Below, one piece after another: positions 1 through 14,538 of a DNA stretch of 64,000 nt (positions are counted from its first letter, which is position 1; every line of letters starts with the position of its first letter). Origin of the DNA: Octopus vulgaris (lineage: Eukaryota). Position numbers and translations under genes: made by a program. Under the pieces are notes generated by a model that made no database searches, was not told where the DNA came from, and saw only the letters and a list, made by a program, of their open reading frames with translations. The stretch is from assembly GCA_951406725.2 (NCBI GenBank), contig OX597838.1:2170001-2234000 (forward strand), given 5' to 3'.

Positions 1-390
1 CTAATGAAGAATCGCAAAAGACTAAATCAAATCCAAGAACTAACGAGGAAATGCTACAAAAAATGGACGCCTGGAAGGCACTGAGAAATGGTAAAGTCTA
101 AAAGAAATGGTTGAGTTATTTGACAGATAATGTGCTGGCAAAATTATTTAATAAGCTTGGAATGGAGTTTGGGTGAAGCCTTGTCTGTTATTTAATTAGA
201 CAGAATCTTGTTAAGGCCGTAACAAGGCGAAATGAAATGCAAAAATATTTCTTCGATATTTCGAAGGATAGGACAGCTTCGTGAGGACCCGTGGGAAATG
301 GGAGACAGAGATGAACTATTATCATCACAGGAAGTGGGTCTGGAAAAATCTTTAATGAACGCCTCTCGTGCATGTACATATATATATACA

Positions 391-454
<64 letters not shown>

Positions 455-489
455 TGTATATGTATATATATATATCTGTATGTGTGTGC

Positions 490-703
490 GTCTTTCTGCC
501 ATCCTTTTCCCCCTGCCACCACTTGACAACCGATGTTAGTGTGTTTGCATCCCAGTAAGTAGCGGTTCGGCAAAAGAGACCGATGGAATAAGTGCCAGGC
601 ATAAAATAGAAGTACTTAGATCGAATCATTTGACTAAAAATTCTTCAAGGCGGTGCCCCAGCATGGCCTCAGTCTTCTGACTGAAGCAAGTAAAAGAAAA
701 GGA
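490..703 (+). mobile_element. CORE-like tRNA SINE, 3' half
   Basis: CTTGACAACCGATG...AGCGGTTCGGCAAAAGAGACCGAT...GGCGGTGCCCCAGCATGGCC...GACTGAAGCAAGTAAAAG matches the 3' half of the fuller copies at 32425-32840 and 50450-50897. Confidence 0.85.
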
Positions 704-1509
704 TAACTATCCAATATGGCGGTTGTCATTAAGGACGGTGCTGCGTGTTTGAGGGAGATCTGTTTTTGACACATATTTCGGTGGAGCATCAACACAGAGT
801 AATATGTGTTCGTAACTGGGAGACGAATACCGCAACGCGAGTCATTGACTGCATGTCAATGTCTCACAGTCATCGTAGTCTACAATGTTTCAGATGTATC
901 CTAGGTGAACATGGACAGACAAATGTGATCTAATGATCAGTGGTCAAAAACAGTAACGACATTTTGATAAGATGAAACATTCCACCGTTCACCAAAATGG
1001 CTGCGCTTCCGCTACATTATACCGTGTAATATTACACATATCCGTTAACAGATGAAAACTTTAAACAAGCTCTAATTGATATATAAATCATCTCCGTTTC
1101 TTGAATAACCGATAACACGTGATTATAAAATATAAAACAAAATAAAATTTAAAAGACAAAGAGAAATACTATATAAGAAGTAAATAAACAAATTACGTTT
1201 CAATATTGCGGATGTTATCAATATTTTAAAGACAACACTCTAGTACGGCGCCTTGTTAACGTCATTCAATGAGATTCTCTTGGGGTTTCACCGTGTGAAA
1301 TAGTTTTTTTAACGAATTAATCAAAATATTTCTGACATTATCAGAGGAAAGACTCTATAAATGTTTTTTTTTTTTTTGATACACGGAATGCTTAAATTAA
1401 ACTGGCGCGTTGACTTACATCTACACACGCCTATACACACTTATACCTATGCAGGCATTTATTGCAGGTATATAAAATACATACATAAATATATATATAC
1501 ACACACACA

Positions 1510-1626
<117 letters not shown>

Positions 1627-1937
1627 CATATGTATATATATTTATACTGTACGGGTATACACACACGCACAACATACAAACACAGGCATATATGTACAAC
1701 CATACGGATATCTGTGTATATATATATACGCATATATGCATAGTTACTCACACACGCACATACACGTACATACTCGTGTATACATGGATGTACACACGCA
1801 TGTGTATCTGAGTCTATAACAGTGTGTGTATATAGAGAGATTTCTCACCGTGGGGCAGCTCATTAGGTGTATTTGTAGTAGTCATTATATACATGCCATT
1901 CCACATGTGTAGTCATGTACCTGAGTATATATATATG

Positions 1938-1987
<50 letters not shown>

Positions 1988-2162
1988 TGTATGTGTGGCT
2001 GTTTAGCTGTGTGTGTGTGAGCGTGTATGTGTGATGTTGTCTGGCTCAGTGTCTATAAGGGCGTGATTTATTAATGACAATAAAATTCAAGTTTTAAATT
2101 TGAACAACAGTAGAAACTGACACAAACACACCGACACACACAGACACACAAACACACACACA

Positions 2163-2198
<36 letters not shown>

Positions 2199-2302
2199 CA
2201 CACACCACAGATATTTGTATCTGTATGTATGTATATGTGTATACTGTCATACAAATATGTGTTTGAGCGTGTGTTTGCGCGTGAGTGTTTGATTCTACTC
2301 TC

Positions 2303-2336
<34 letters not shown>

Positions 2337-2404
2337 TATGTATATTGTGTATATAATATATACGTACACACATACAAACACATATCTCTGTCTATCTATC
2401 TATC

Positions 2405-2437
<33 letters not shown>

Positions 2438-2559
2438 GCACATGCTCATACGCATGCACACACACATATGTAGAAAGAGAGCGGGAGAGAGTCGACTAAG
2501 TTCACCTCAGAAACAAACACAAATGCATCTTCTCTCTCATTCTATAACACACACTCACG

Positions 2560-2601
<42 letters not shown>

Positions 2602-2658
2602 GACAAAAACACACACAGGCACATACATATAGAAACCGATCGAAACACACCACATTCT

Positions 2659-2690
<32 letters not shown>

Positions 2691-3433
2691 ACCACCACCA
2701 CCAGGCCTGATGAGGGGGTGGTTGCGATGTGGGCGGTGATGATATTGTCGATAACTGTTCTGTTGCGGTGGTCGTAGAAAGCGATGGTGTCAGAGGTCGG
2801 CGGTGGCGGTGAAGATGGCGAGTGCTTGCCTCTTATGATTGTCAGCCGTAGCAGTAGCCGTGGTAGTAGATGAAAGCACGCACGAACACCCACCCACACA
2901 CACACTCACTCACACACACATACATACATATATACATACAGCTACGCACACACACACCAACCACGTCCACGAAGATTTAACATTCGCATATAACAGTCCA
3001 TCAAATAGAGACAAACATTGACAAATACAAGAATTCCAACACAATCTCATTAAATTATAATCAAACACACAACATATAGAGAGACAACATATATATACAT
3101 ATATAGAACAGATATATAGAACAGATATACACATATCTACATAGAGCATATAAGCACAAATACAAAAGCGCTCACGTACGTTCATATAAGCACATTATGT
3201 AACGACGTACACATCACATACCTTTGTGTATAGACACATGTTTATTGTGTGTCGGTGGGGGGGGGGAGACACATACGTAAGCGATAGCAAACATATTCGT
3301 AGACTCGTATAAATATGGAGGCATTTATAGAGAGGTATATACAGGTGGTGGCGCAAGTGGTGGCTATGATGGTCTTGGTGGTGGCGCTAATGGATGTAAT
3401 GACAGTGGTGGTGATGGTCTGGTTTCCTTTAAT

Positions 3434-3435
3434 GT

Positions 3436-3515
<80 letters not shown>

Positions 3516-3516
3516 A

Positions 3517-3578
<62 letters not shown>
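3434..3578. repeat. Compound (CTA)n(TTA)n microsatellite
   Basis: Directly visible. One example of more than a hundred microsatellite tracts in the window. Confidence 0.95.
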
Positions 3579-3579
<1 letters not shown>

Positions 3580-3770
3580 GGTGGTGAGCTGGCAGAATCG
3601 TTAGCACGTTGGACGAAATGCTTAGCGGTATTTCGTCTGCCGTTACGTTGTGAGTTCAAATTCCGCCGAGGTCGACTTTGCCTTTCATCCTTTCGGGGTC
3701 GATAAATTAAGTACCAGTGAAACGCTGGGGTCGATGTAAATGACTTAATAACTATGTCTGTCCTTGTTTG
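3580..3770 (+). mobile_element. Nin/Deu-domain tRNA-derived SINE
   Basis: A-box-like TGGCAGAATCGTT, B-box GAGTTCAAATTCC, then GAGGTCGACTTTGCCTTTCATCCTTTCGGGGTCGATAAATTAAGTACCAG (Nin-domain-like). Confidence 0.85.
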
Positions 3771-3774
3771 AAAT

Positions 3775-5160
3775 AGAGAATCCGGAGAATGCGTGATGTC
3801 TTGAAAAGAGAGCTCAACTGGAAGAATAGAATATTTGCTGTAAACACTGTTGCAATTTCGGTTGTCACATTTAGTTGCAAACATCATAAATTGGAACATT
3901 AGTGAATTAAGGAAGATGGACAGCAAAATCAGGAATCGTCTGAACTGTAATGAACTACATCACACAAAAACAGATGTGGGTGGCGTCTCTCTCTCCCTAG
4001 GCGATCTGGACGTTGAGGAACGATCCAGTTTGAGTTGTCATGCAAAATATCAACCATTTGACTAGAACAATTCCTTAAAACTACAAATGACTGGATACTG
4101 AAAATGGCTGCAGAACATAAAAGGAAGAGATATTTGCATTCAAGCACGAAATAAATTAAGATGTTTGCAGAAGAATTAGGAATTCATAACAAAAAATTTG
4201 AGAATTACGGCGATTCTGCAATTAAGACTGCAAGGAACATCAAAAGACCAACTGAAACTGTGCGCTAAATGGGAAGAAAAACGACTGAAGAGGCTGCATA
4301 TTCCCTGTAGCAAAGAACCTGATGCAGATCAAACTTACCTCTATCAGTGGCTGTGGGATTCTGGGCCAAAAGCAGAGATTGAGGGCTTTATTTTGTTCCT
4401 CAACCTGCAATAATGAAGCCAATATGATCAAAAATGGAACAGACTCAAAGTCTCTTTTTTTTGCAATGACTAGGCTGAGACCATTGGTCACCTTCTCTCT
4501 GGGTGCAAACTATTGCCTGTCTTGGAGTATAAAACTAGGCGTGATAGAGTAGAGCAATATTTACATTGGATAATCTACAGGTCTTCTGGCATAAAGATGC
4601 AAGAGCAAATAGTGCTGGCATCACCAAGATGCAGTAACAACAGACGAGGATGTGACAATCTTTTGGGATTTTTCGTGGGAACACCGATGAAAGGATCAAA
4701 ACCAATAGACCGGATCTAAATGTGAAGGACTGTAAAAAGAAAACATGCCTTTTAACTGACATGAGCATACAATTTGGTTTTAAAATTTGCCGGAAAGAGT
4801 CCCGAAAGTTTAGTATATATTAAGATATGACAATTGAAATTGAGAAACTATGGCTTGCTAAAGCTTGTGTAATACCAGTGATTGTAGGCGCACTTGGAAA
4901 GATGGGAAATGGAACAGAAAACTATTTGGACCAAATACCTGCAAAGCAATTCCTGCAAAAGATAAAGAATATTTTCTTTATCTTGAATGGTACTGTACGT
5001 GACTTGAGAAGGGCATTATCAATTTAAATTCCTTCAAAGATATTTCTGTTTTGTTTATACCCCTATGGGGACAGTTGTAAACCAACTGATCGTTAAATTT
5101 GTGCATTACCAAATTTTGCTGCAGGTATCAGGGTGACACCCGTCAAGATATGAGAAAGCT
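3775..5160 (+). mobile_element. 5'-truncated, decayed R4/Dong-like RLE LINE (C-terminal part and 3' UTR)
   Basis: Frameshifted peptides NIINWNISELRKMDSKIR, SGPKAEIEGFIL, YKTRRDRVEQYLHW, NRPDL..KKKTCLLTDMSI and EIEKLW..VIPVIVGALG correspond to the thumb, CCHC and PD-(D/E)xK region of R4/Dong elements. Confidence 0.85.
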
Positions 5161-6120
5161 GCAGAATTCAAAGAAATTTGCAGATACGAAAAACAACAAG
5201 AATAACAGCATGAGCTACAAGAAGAAGAAGAAGAAGAAGAAGAAGAAGAAGAAGAAGAAGAAGAAGAAGAAGAAGAAAACGAAAAAGATGAAGAAGAAGA
5301 AGAAGAAGAACAACAACAACAACAACTATAGCAACAATAGCGAAATAATACCTGTAGCCAGTAATAAATGCTGCCCTACTATTACATAATATACTCTAGT
5401 CCTCGGTACACTTTGCCTGAATGCAAGGAAAGCTGATCACGCCAGAGATGGAGGATTTATTGCAATAGATAAGGTGAATCAGAGATGACCTAGGGCTAAA
5501 GAACAAGGACAGCCATACATAGATGGTAGAAGCCAAGAACTTAAGATTGATATCCCAGATAGAAGGTTCCTCTTGAGGTAATGTCTTTAGCACTTCCTCG
5601 AGAAGGCTGCCAAAAATACCACCGCAAACCGAATAACAACAACAACAACAAACAATGCATCCAACCAGCCACCACCCCGACTCCGACATCCTACCACCCA
5701 GCCAATACCGCAAGCTATTTTTACTAATTAAGATTTCTTCATTTATTATTATTTTTTTGGTATTTTTTGTATTGTTTTTTTCATTTATTTAAAAAAAGTT
5801 TTTTTATATTATATTTGTTGGAAATTCTTCTAAATTCCCTCTTTAATATAATTAATGTGACCATATCTCTTTCGGCTGGCATTGCAATAAATTTAGCCAA
5901 TTAGAACTAATTTAATGAACAACAACAACCACTATAACAACAACAACAATAACAACAAATCTAACAACAACAACATCAACAACATCGACAAAACAAGACA
6001 AAAACAAACAGCTAATGACCTCAACATTATAATCTTATAAACTAATCAGCGAATTATCATCATTATTATTATCATTATTATTATCATTATTATTATCATC
6101 ATTATTATTATCATTGTCAT

Positions 6121-6170
<50 letters not shown>

Positions 6171-6261
6171 ATGATTTTGCTGTTATCATTAATATTATTG
6201 TTGTTTTTTTTATTTCCAGCACTTGATTTCTTTTTCTTTAGTGGATAAACCAAGTAATTTA

Positions 6262-6360
<99 letters not shown>

Positions 6361-6361
6361 C

Positions 6362-6561
6362 GTTTCTGCTATAGGCACAAGGCCTGAAAGTTTTGGTGGA
6401 TTACATCAGCCCCAGTGCGTAACTGGTACTTATTTTATCGACCACGAAAGGATGAAAGGCAAATTCGACCTCGGTTGAATTTGAACTCAGAACACGAAGA
6501 AGGTCGAAACACCACTAAGCATTTCGCACGGTGTTCTAACGATTCTACCAACTTGTCACCT
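6362..6561 (-). mobile_element. Nin/Deu-domain SINE
   Basis: Reverse complement of the 3580 family (CTGGTACTTATTTTATCGACCACGAAAGGATGAAAGGCAAATTCGACCTCGG...GAATTTGAACTC), embedded in (AAT)n. Confidence 0.85.
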
Positions 6562-6619
<58 letters not shown>

Positions 6620-6994
6620 TAATAATAATAATAATGATAATAATAATAATAATAGTAATAATATTGATAAAGATAATAAAGATTTCATTTATTTTCCACA
6701 TGGATGAAGGATGAAGGTGAAAATACAAAGACAGACATAAGGTGGGGGTTACATATAATGAGATGATAAAATAAAAATAATAATAGCAACAACAACAACA
6801 AGACAAGATGAACAACAATACGAAAAAGAACAATAACAATCTCAAAAACTGCAACAATAAATATAATTAAAATTTGGATTTTTTGTTATTGATTAACATA
6901 TTAATTAGTTATCTATTTGTTTATTTCCTACAATAATTAATGAGGAAAGTTGTATTTGCCTGAGTTTGTAGAGTGGTATGTGCACGCTTTGTTA

Positions 6995-7150
6995 GGTGCA
7001 GGCGCGGCTGTGTGGTAAGAAGCTTGTCTCCCAACCATCTGGTTCCGAGTTCAGTTGCACTGCGTGACACCTTCGGCAGGGATCGCCAGCAATAACCTCT
7101 GGCCGACCAAACGTTTGCGAATGGATTCGATAGACAAAAACCAGTCGTAT
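6995..7150 (+). mobile_element. CORE-like tRNA SINE, 5' part
   Basis: GGCGCGGCTGTGTGGTAAGAAGCTTG...GGTTCCGAGTTCAG tRNA-like head of the same family as 39172. Confidence 0.8.
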
Positions 7151-7227
7151 ACACACATAAACACACACACACACATTTATGTCTGTATGTATGTATGTAT
7201 GTATGTGTATGTATATATATATATATA

Positions 7228-7380
7228 CAGTAATTCCTCGCCACATCGCGGTTCACCTATTGCGGCTTATTTGAGCTTACATAAATTCCTCTGTGGCGTT
7301 GTTTTGCATTTATAATGAAATAAATATATGCAAATTATGAAAATAATAAAAGATAAATATAGAGTACACTACTATTTTAA
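7228..7380 (+). mobile_element. Tigger/pogo-like DNA transposon end
   Basis: TA followed by CAGTAATTCCTCGCCACATCGCGGTTCACCTATTGCGG resembles Tigger-type TIRs. The partner TIR was not found. Confidence 0.55.
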
Positions 7381-7384
7381 TGTT

Positions 7385-9420
7385 TTCATTTCAAGTTTTA
7401 ATTCGCTACTTGTTATTCGCTTCATCTCTTCATGCTTTATTTCATCTGCCCCCAGTATTCCTAACTATTTTTACCACTCTCCTTTCCCAGCTGCTTTCAT
7501 TGTTTGTCTATTTAGCATTTCAGTTCCATGACTTCAGTCAGGTGTTCCTCGTCTCACTTTTCAATCCCAAATTCCATACCCACATCATTTGTGGAAATGT
7601 GCTTAGCATCTACACTTTGAAGTTGCTTCTCATTTTTCGCATAAAGCTTTATAACAGCCATAGAAATGAGATGATTTATCTAATCATATCCTTTTCCCAA
7701 ATCATAGGCTATTTTATCTTTTCGTAATGTCAAACTGAGCGGTATCATGGCCAATACAAATAGTAATGATGCTAAGCTCTCACCTTGAAATATTCCACGT
7801 CTAATTTTCACTTTCTCAACTCTTTCTTCTCCTCCAGTCAATTCAATATTCCTTTGTTTCGCGCTTTCATCAACAATTTTCTTTATATTTTCTTCTACTC
7901 CAGACATATCCATTTTACATATCCATCTGTGTGGTATCATGTCATATGATTTTCTGTAATCCAACCCTGCTATATTCAATCCCACCAATTTCCGTCTACA
8001 ATTTCTAATTATCATTTTATCAACCAAGTGGATTTTCTGTTCTTCTAGAAGTAAATTGTTACTTTCCAGATGATTATATAACTTTCCCGAAAATATACCT
8101 GTCATAAGCTTCGACGTGGGTTTTAAGCAAGTTACAGAAAGAAAATTTGACACTAATTTACCTTTGATTTGCACCTTAGGATATAACAACAACATTCATC
8201 CTCTTGTCATCTCTGCTGTTGACATTCATCAAGATGTGCAGTGATACTAACGTGCAAAAGAGTAACATTTTTCAACTAATAACTGTGTGCTCCATCCGGA
8301 CCAGGTCCTTTCTAATTTTGTATTTTTTAAAACTTCAATTTCACAGAATATAGGATTAATTCTGACATCTGTTTCTCTATGTTTCACTGGCCTCTTCAAA
8401 TGTTCTCAGTAAAATACTGTACTTTCTTCCGTAGCAGGAATTACTTCCTGATATTGTTTCCTCTCCATTTCCCCCCAAAGGACGCCTTTTATTTGATTGA
8501 AGCAATTTATTCTGCTCAAAACATTTGCATTTAGCACCATACCTTTCTAATTCATCCTTTAACGCTGCCACCCTTTCTAACAATTCTTCATGTACAGTTT
8601 GCTTCCTTTCTTCTAATCTGTACTGTCCATTCAATTTTCTGACCACTGCCTCATTCTCTTGAATGACCCCGTTCTTCCTGCGTCTTCCTTCGTATTCTCT
8701 TCCTCCACTTTGATTCCTTCTTTTCGTTCCCCTTATTTTCTTCAACCCTCTTCCGCTTATACCTTATTATCTCATTCACAACATTAGCAGCAGCAGCTAT
8801 GATAAGTAGCCTATTTGTTTCACTAATCTTCTGTTTTAACCAATCTCCAAACACCATCTACTTTGCCTATGCTCCTCCTTACGTTTTTCTCTGTCCTTAT
8901 ACTTTGCCTTTTGTGGCATTTCCTTGTCTACACCGCACCTTTTACCTTGCAGTGTTTCTAGATTTCCCTCCTCCTCCTCACTCAAGCCTTGTTCAACATT
9001 TCTTGTCGTCTGAATCCCCTTCACTATTTACTTCATCAGCAATCTCAGGCATTTACTGATTTCCTTCTTTTCCATTGTTTTTCATTTCTTATTTCTTCCT
9101 TACCATTTTCTACCATAATTGTTTCATCATTTTTCTGTACATTTTTTATTATTTCTCTCTGAATTTCTTCAACCTCCAATCCTGTAATCTAATCATTTAT
9201 ACGAATTAACCTCGACTGGTCTATCAATCATTGCAAGGGAAGCCTCAAAGATTCCCTTTTCATCCCGTATCCTCTTCAATCGTTTCCTGAAATCTCTTTT
9301 ATTTAGCTCACTTCTCAGCTGACATTCAATCACATTCTTGTTTGCCTCTTTTCCGTTAGACACTCCTCCAGACCAGCACAATAAGGCAATCACAAAATAC
9401 ACTACATCTTCTCAAGTTCC
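7385..9420 (-). mobile_element. Decayed R4/Dong-like LINE, N-terminal region and RT
   Basis: ORF 7680-8195 has LDYRKSYDMIPH and IRRGIFQGESLASLLFVLAMIPLS. Downstream are GMEFGIEK and LGILGADEIKHEEMK; upstream are GPGPDG (near 8300) and ISETNRLL..AAANVV. Confidence 0.9.
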
Positions 9421-9504
9421 TCACCATCACTTCTTGGTCTAACACATTTAATTTCATTTTTATTATTCACATTATTATTATCATTATTATTATTATTGTT
9501 GTTG

Positions 9505-9539
<35 letters not shown>

Positions 9540-9540
9540 G

Positions 9541-9760
9541 TCTTTGCACAGCTTCTAACGCTGGAGATGTACTACGGTGTCAGCTGCTCACCACCAGTGA
9601 ACTTATTTTGCGAGCACCATCCGGAATATTCGAGTGATTCCAAGTAGTGCAGTTTTCTGCAAGTACTCCACCCCATTGCAGCTCATATTTGTCCCATGTA
9701 TTTCTCAAGATATTTACTCACTGTTCCCAGGGCTCCGACAATTATTGATACTACTAACAC
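9541..9760 (-). mobile_element. R4/Dong-like LINE 3' end with (TAA)n tail
   Basis: Minus strand reads VSIIVGALGTV...LQKTALLGITRIFRMVL*, then a short UTR and (TAA)n. Confidence 0.8.
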
Positions 9761-9840
9761 CTTTTATTTTTATCACATCATCATCATCATCATCATTTTT
9801 CCTCGTCGTCTTCGCCTTTTTATTATTATTATTATTATTA

Positions 9841-9886
<46 letters not shown>

Positions 9887-10199
9887 CATTATTATGTTAA
9901 GTCAATTAATTTTATCAAGTTTATTCTTCTTCAGATAATTGTTTTTGTTGTTGTCGTTGTTGCTTTGTTGTTAAGGGAATGGATCAGCAAAACTGGATTA
10001 GTCCCAGACGATATAGTATAACAATGTATGAACTACCTTCTCTACGTCCAGAGACTTAGCACTTCGCCAAAAAATCGACAGAATTTCTTAGTCTTGCTGT
10101 TGTTGCCATTGTTGTTGTTGTCGTTAGTGTTATTGTTGTTGTCTTATTTGTTGGTATTGTTAAGAAAGTAATGACACCGGGCTTACTTCTTGCATTATA

Positions 10200-10320
10200 T
10201 AATGACTTGGTTATGTCATGCACACAAATCCTACTTTGGTGGACTTAGGCCATTTCCTAAACAAACCCCCAGAGACGTTAAGAGAATCGATGGAAGAACT
10301 ATGGATGGTATTTGCCAAAT
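10200..10320 (+). mobile_element. Possible RTE-type LINE 3' remnant
   Basis: MTWLCHA...PRDVKRIDGR weakly resembles the RTE C-terminus W.GH..R...PRD.KR..GRP. Confidence 0.3.
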
Positions 10321-10381
10321 TTTAATTACAAGCTTGATCATCATCACATCCCAACCATCACATCATCACCATCACATCCTA

Positions 10382-10470
10382 GTGATAGACACTTGCCCAT
10401 GGTGGCACGCAGACAGGGGTGAACCCGGACCCATAAAGATGGGAAGCAAACTTTTTACCATGGAGCAACA
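10382..10470 (-). mobile_element. CORE-like SINE fragment
   Basis: GACACTTGCCCA...GAACCCGGACCCA...GGAAGCAAACTTTTTACCA. Confidence 0.65.
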
Positions 10471-10744
10471 CCGATGTTAAGGATGACGATGAGGGGGGGA
10501 GGGGACGAAGTTATGGTTGCTGATGTTAATGGTTAGTACTGGTTTGATGATGAGGATAATGTTCATAGAGCTGGTGAGGGTTAATGGGAGAGGTGATGGT
10601 GGACTTTCAACGGATTTGCAGTATTTGCTACCAACAGACCTGGACGTTTAAAATACTGTCTGTAAGTGGAACAATAAAAATATGGAAGAGATTTCTAAAG
10701 TTCAAACAGTAATTATTTTCAATTGTTCGTTTTCTTATTGAACA

Positions 10745-10765
10745 TGGTCGTCGTCGTCGTCATCG

Positions 10766-10839
<74 letters not shown>

Positions 10840-10941
10840 TTCTTCTTCTTCTTCTTCTTCTTCTTCTTCTTCTTCTTCTTCTTCTTCTTCTTCTTCTTCT
10901 TCTTCTTCTTCTTCTTCTTCTTCTTCTTCTTCTTCTTCTTC
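10745..10941. repeat. (CGT)n(CAT)n(CTT)n compound microsatellite
   Basis: Directly visible. Confidence 0.95.
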
Positions 10942-11264
10942 TCCTATAAACTGAAGTGATTGAGTGGCAAGTCTTAAAATCCTGCACCAAATTTATTCCA
11001 AGACTTTCAAGCCATAAAGGTTTTGGGTTAATGGAATTGATAAACGTTCAAAGGAAAGTCTTGGAATGTTTAATTCCAACTGATTAAGTTCTGATTTCGA
11101 ATCCAGCTGAGGTCATCCTCGCCTTCAGGTGTCGATTAAACAAAGGGTCGGTGATGTATATTCTGTGGTTTTATCTTAGATGTAAACGGAATTGGATGAA
11201 GAATTTAAACATAAAGTTAACATCCATGAAGCCATCTAGCTTGCCAGTTATATAAACACCCGCG

Positions 11265-11324
<60 letters not shown>

Positions 11325-11368
11325 GATATATATATATATATATATATATACATGCATGCACGCATACA

Positions 11369-11448
<80 letters not shown>

Positions 11449-11796
11449 CATCTGTAAATTCACATTCAGAAAAATAACGACGCATGTGCAAACTGATATG
11501 CCATAATCACACACGCACACACATAAACATATACATACACACATACATACATACATATATACATACATACACATATCCATACTTACGTATGTACATACAT
11601 GCATTCACTTGTACGTGTATGTATGTATGTACATACGTACGTATGTATGGATATATATATATATGTATGTTCGTACGTATGTATGTATGTATGCATGTAT
11701 GTATGTATGTATGTATGTATGTACATGTATTTGTATGCATTCACATATAAGTAAAAACTATTCATGGTGTATATCCTTCGAGTTATATCTTTCCCT

Positions 11797-11932
11797 CGCT
11801 TCAGTCATTAGACTGCGGCCATGCTGGGGCATTGCGTTGAAGAAGTCTTTCAGTCGTATTATTCGACCCCGGTACTTATTCCCGGGTTGTCACGCAGTGG
11901 GACTGAACTCGGGGTATCGTGGTAGAAAAGCA
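11797..11932 (-). mobile_element. Internally deleted CORE-like SINE
   Basis: Tail (CAGTCATTAGACTGCGGCCATGCTGGGGCA) is joined directly to a head part (CACGCAGTGGGACTGAACTCGG). Confidence 0.75.
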
Positions 11933-12042
11933 TATGCGTGTCTGTGTGTGTGTGTATGGGTGTGTGTGTGTGTGTGTGTGTATGTGTGGATCACTGCTTG
12001 TATATGCACGCCACACTGCATAAGTACATGATTGTCACTGAC

Positions 12043-12077
<35 letters not shown>

Positions 12078-12087
12078 TATGTAAATA

Positions 12088-12122
<35 letters not shown>

Positions 12123-12570
12123 GTATATACACACAGTTATCTATATATATATATATATATGTATATGTATATACACACAGGTATCTCTCTCTATATATAT
12201 ATATGTTACGTATATCATGGACACAAACACACGTGTGTATGAACATTACATAAAAGAATTCTTCTAACACACTCTTTTATCAGCAAACATATATATAACC
12301 TACGTTCCCACATACATAGTAATATGCAAACATACGCATCCACTCATAGTAAACATACAGATATATAGACAATATACCTGTATATCATTAAACAATAGAG
12401 ATACACAAATATACGCACAGAAATTCTAAACTTGCATAAACTTGTATAGCTTTCTCTTGGATTCATAGATGCTGTAAGGTATGGGTTAAAAATGCTAATA
12501 AGATATCAGTGTATATGTGTGTGTTTCTATGTCTGTATGATACTAGTGCGCACGTGTGTGTGTGTGTGTA

Positions 12571-12614
<44 letters not shown>

Positions 12615-13432
12615 CCCGCTTTACATCAAATCTCTACTAAAACATTAATGGCGGAAAACGAGTGAGAAACAAGGAATGGTGTCTGTGAGATTGCTGTTGA
12701 TGTTTTCATTGTTGTGGTTGTTATAATTGTTGCACGGCGGTTGTTGTTGCTGCGGTTGTTGGTATTATTGCTGTTGCTGATGTCGTTGCAGTTCTCTTGT
12801 AATAGTCCATCTTACGGTGCCATTTATGTCTCACCATAAAACCAATATTTTAGATGAAAACGGCTCGAGCTCCGTTAAAACTGCCATATTTGAATCTTTA
12901 ACATCCTTTTCCGTTTTCTTCTTCTTCTTCTTCTTCTTCTTCTTCTTCTTCTTCTTCTTCTTCTTCTTCTTCTTCTTCTTCTTCTTCTTCTTCTTCTTCT
13001 TCTTCTTCTTCATCAACATCATCTTTGTCGTCAACAGTCTCTCTCGTCTCTTCCATTTCTTTAACTGCTCGTCCTCTTCCTCTTTTCGCTTTTCCCTATT
13101 CTTCCTCATCCCGCCAGACCCATGTTGCTGTCTTCATCTTTGCCGTCATCCTTCGACTGCAACACCTTCTCATCAAATTTATCATCCTTGTCTTGATCAT
13201 AATCCTTATCATCATCATAATCATCATCATAATCGTCATCATAATCGTCATCGCTGCCGTCGTTGTCTTCGTTGTCAATGTCATCATCGTCTTTCATCAT
13301 CGTCATCATTGTCGTCATCGTCGTCATCCTCCATCTCATTTTCTATTACCTCCTCCTCATCATCATCCTTTTCATCGATGTCATCATCACCATCCTGCTC
13401 TTACTCCTCCTCCTCCTCCTCCTCCTCCTCCT

Positions 13433-13467
<35 letters not shown>

Positions 13468-14079
13468 CTATCCGTTCAACGTCTTCTCTCAACCATTTTA
13501 TCAGTTCTCCTTTTCTTGCTGTATCTCTTTCCTTCATATCTTCATTCTACTTCTTTCCATATAAAATTTACACCAACACCACCACCACTACCTCCCCCAA
13601 CAACCACCACCACCACCACCACCACCATCGCAACCACGATCTCCCCTTCGTTTCCCACCGCCCCCGTACATCCATCTCGTATACCTCGAAGGCAGTGATA
13701 GTCCGACATGATATCAGCAGAAAAATCAAATCCAACCGTTCGTCTTTTGATGTAAAACTTAACGTATTGTATCAGCCATTAACGATATATGCACTTCACC
13801 TCGCAGTCCGCTCGCCCCCTTTAAATACCCTCGACGCCCCCAAACTTAGTACTTGCACATCTTTAAGCTCTAACAGGCCCTGGCCCCTGACACATTCAAA
13901 TATTAAGTCTACCGAGGAATATATTACATGTGTATGAGTCAAATATACACGCGCGTACACAAAGCACGTTATATATGCACGCACATATACATACATATAC
14001 GTATACACGCGTACATATAATTGCATAACTATAATTGAACGTGTATATGTGCAAGTATATAGATACCTGTATACAGTTT

Positions 14080-14114
14080 TACCTAAGCATTTAAATACAC
14101 ACATACAGGCACCG

Positions 14115-14212
<98 letters not shown>

Positions 14213-14247
14213 CGGTGCCTGTATGTGTGTATTTAAATGCTTAGGTA
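14080..14247. repeat. Near-perfect 168-bp palindrome centred on (AT)9
   Basis: 14080-14116 is the exact reverse complement of 14211-14247; between them lies (AC)20-(AT)9-(GT)18. Confidence 0.95.
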
Positions 14248-14468
14248 TTGTAAGCTCTGCTTCCATATTTATCCATCCGTTACGCAACGGCGTAATACAT
14301 GTGAGTGTGGCGTTGCGTAATAGTTTAATCTTTTAACACGAAGATATATATTCAAATACACAAGCTCACGCACTCGCACATACATATACATGTAAATATC
14401 ATATACATATATATTCATATATGCATGCCTAAATATTTCCATCTGTATATGTAACCATAAATATGTGC

Positions 14469-14538
<70 letters not shown>

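Noticed and set aside
1-350. GMEFG-like peptide suggesting a LINE RT
   Set aside because: Single short motif with no supporting neighbours.
5396-5713. 105-aa ORF, possible LINE ORF1 start
   Set aside because: No recognisable motif; cannot be supported.
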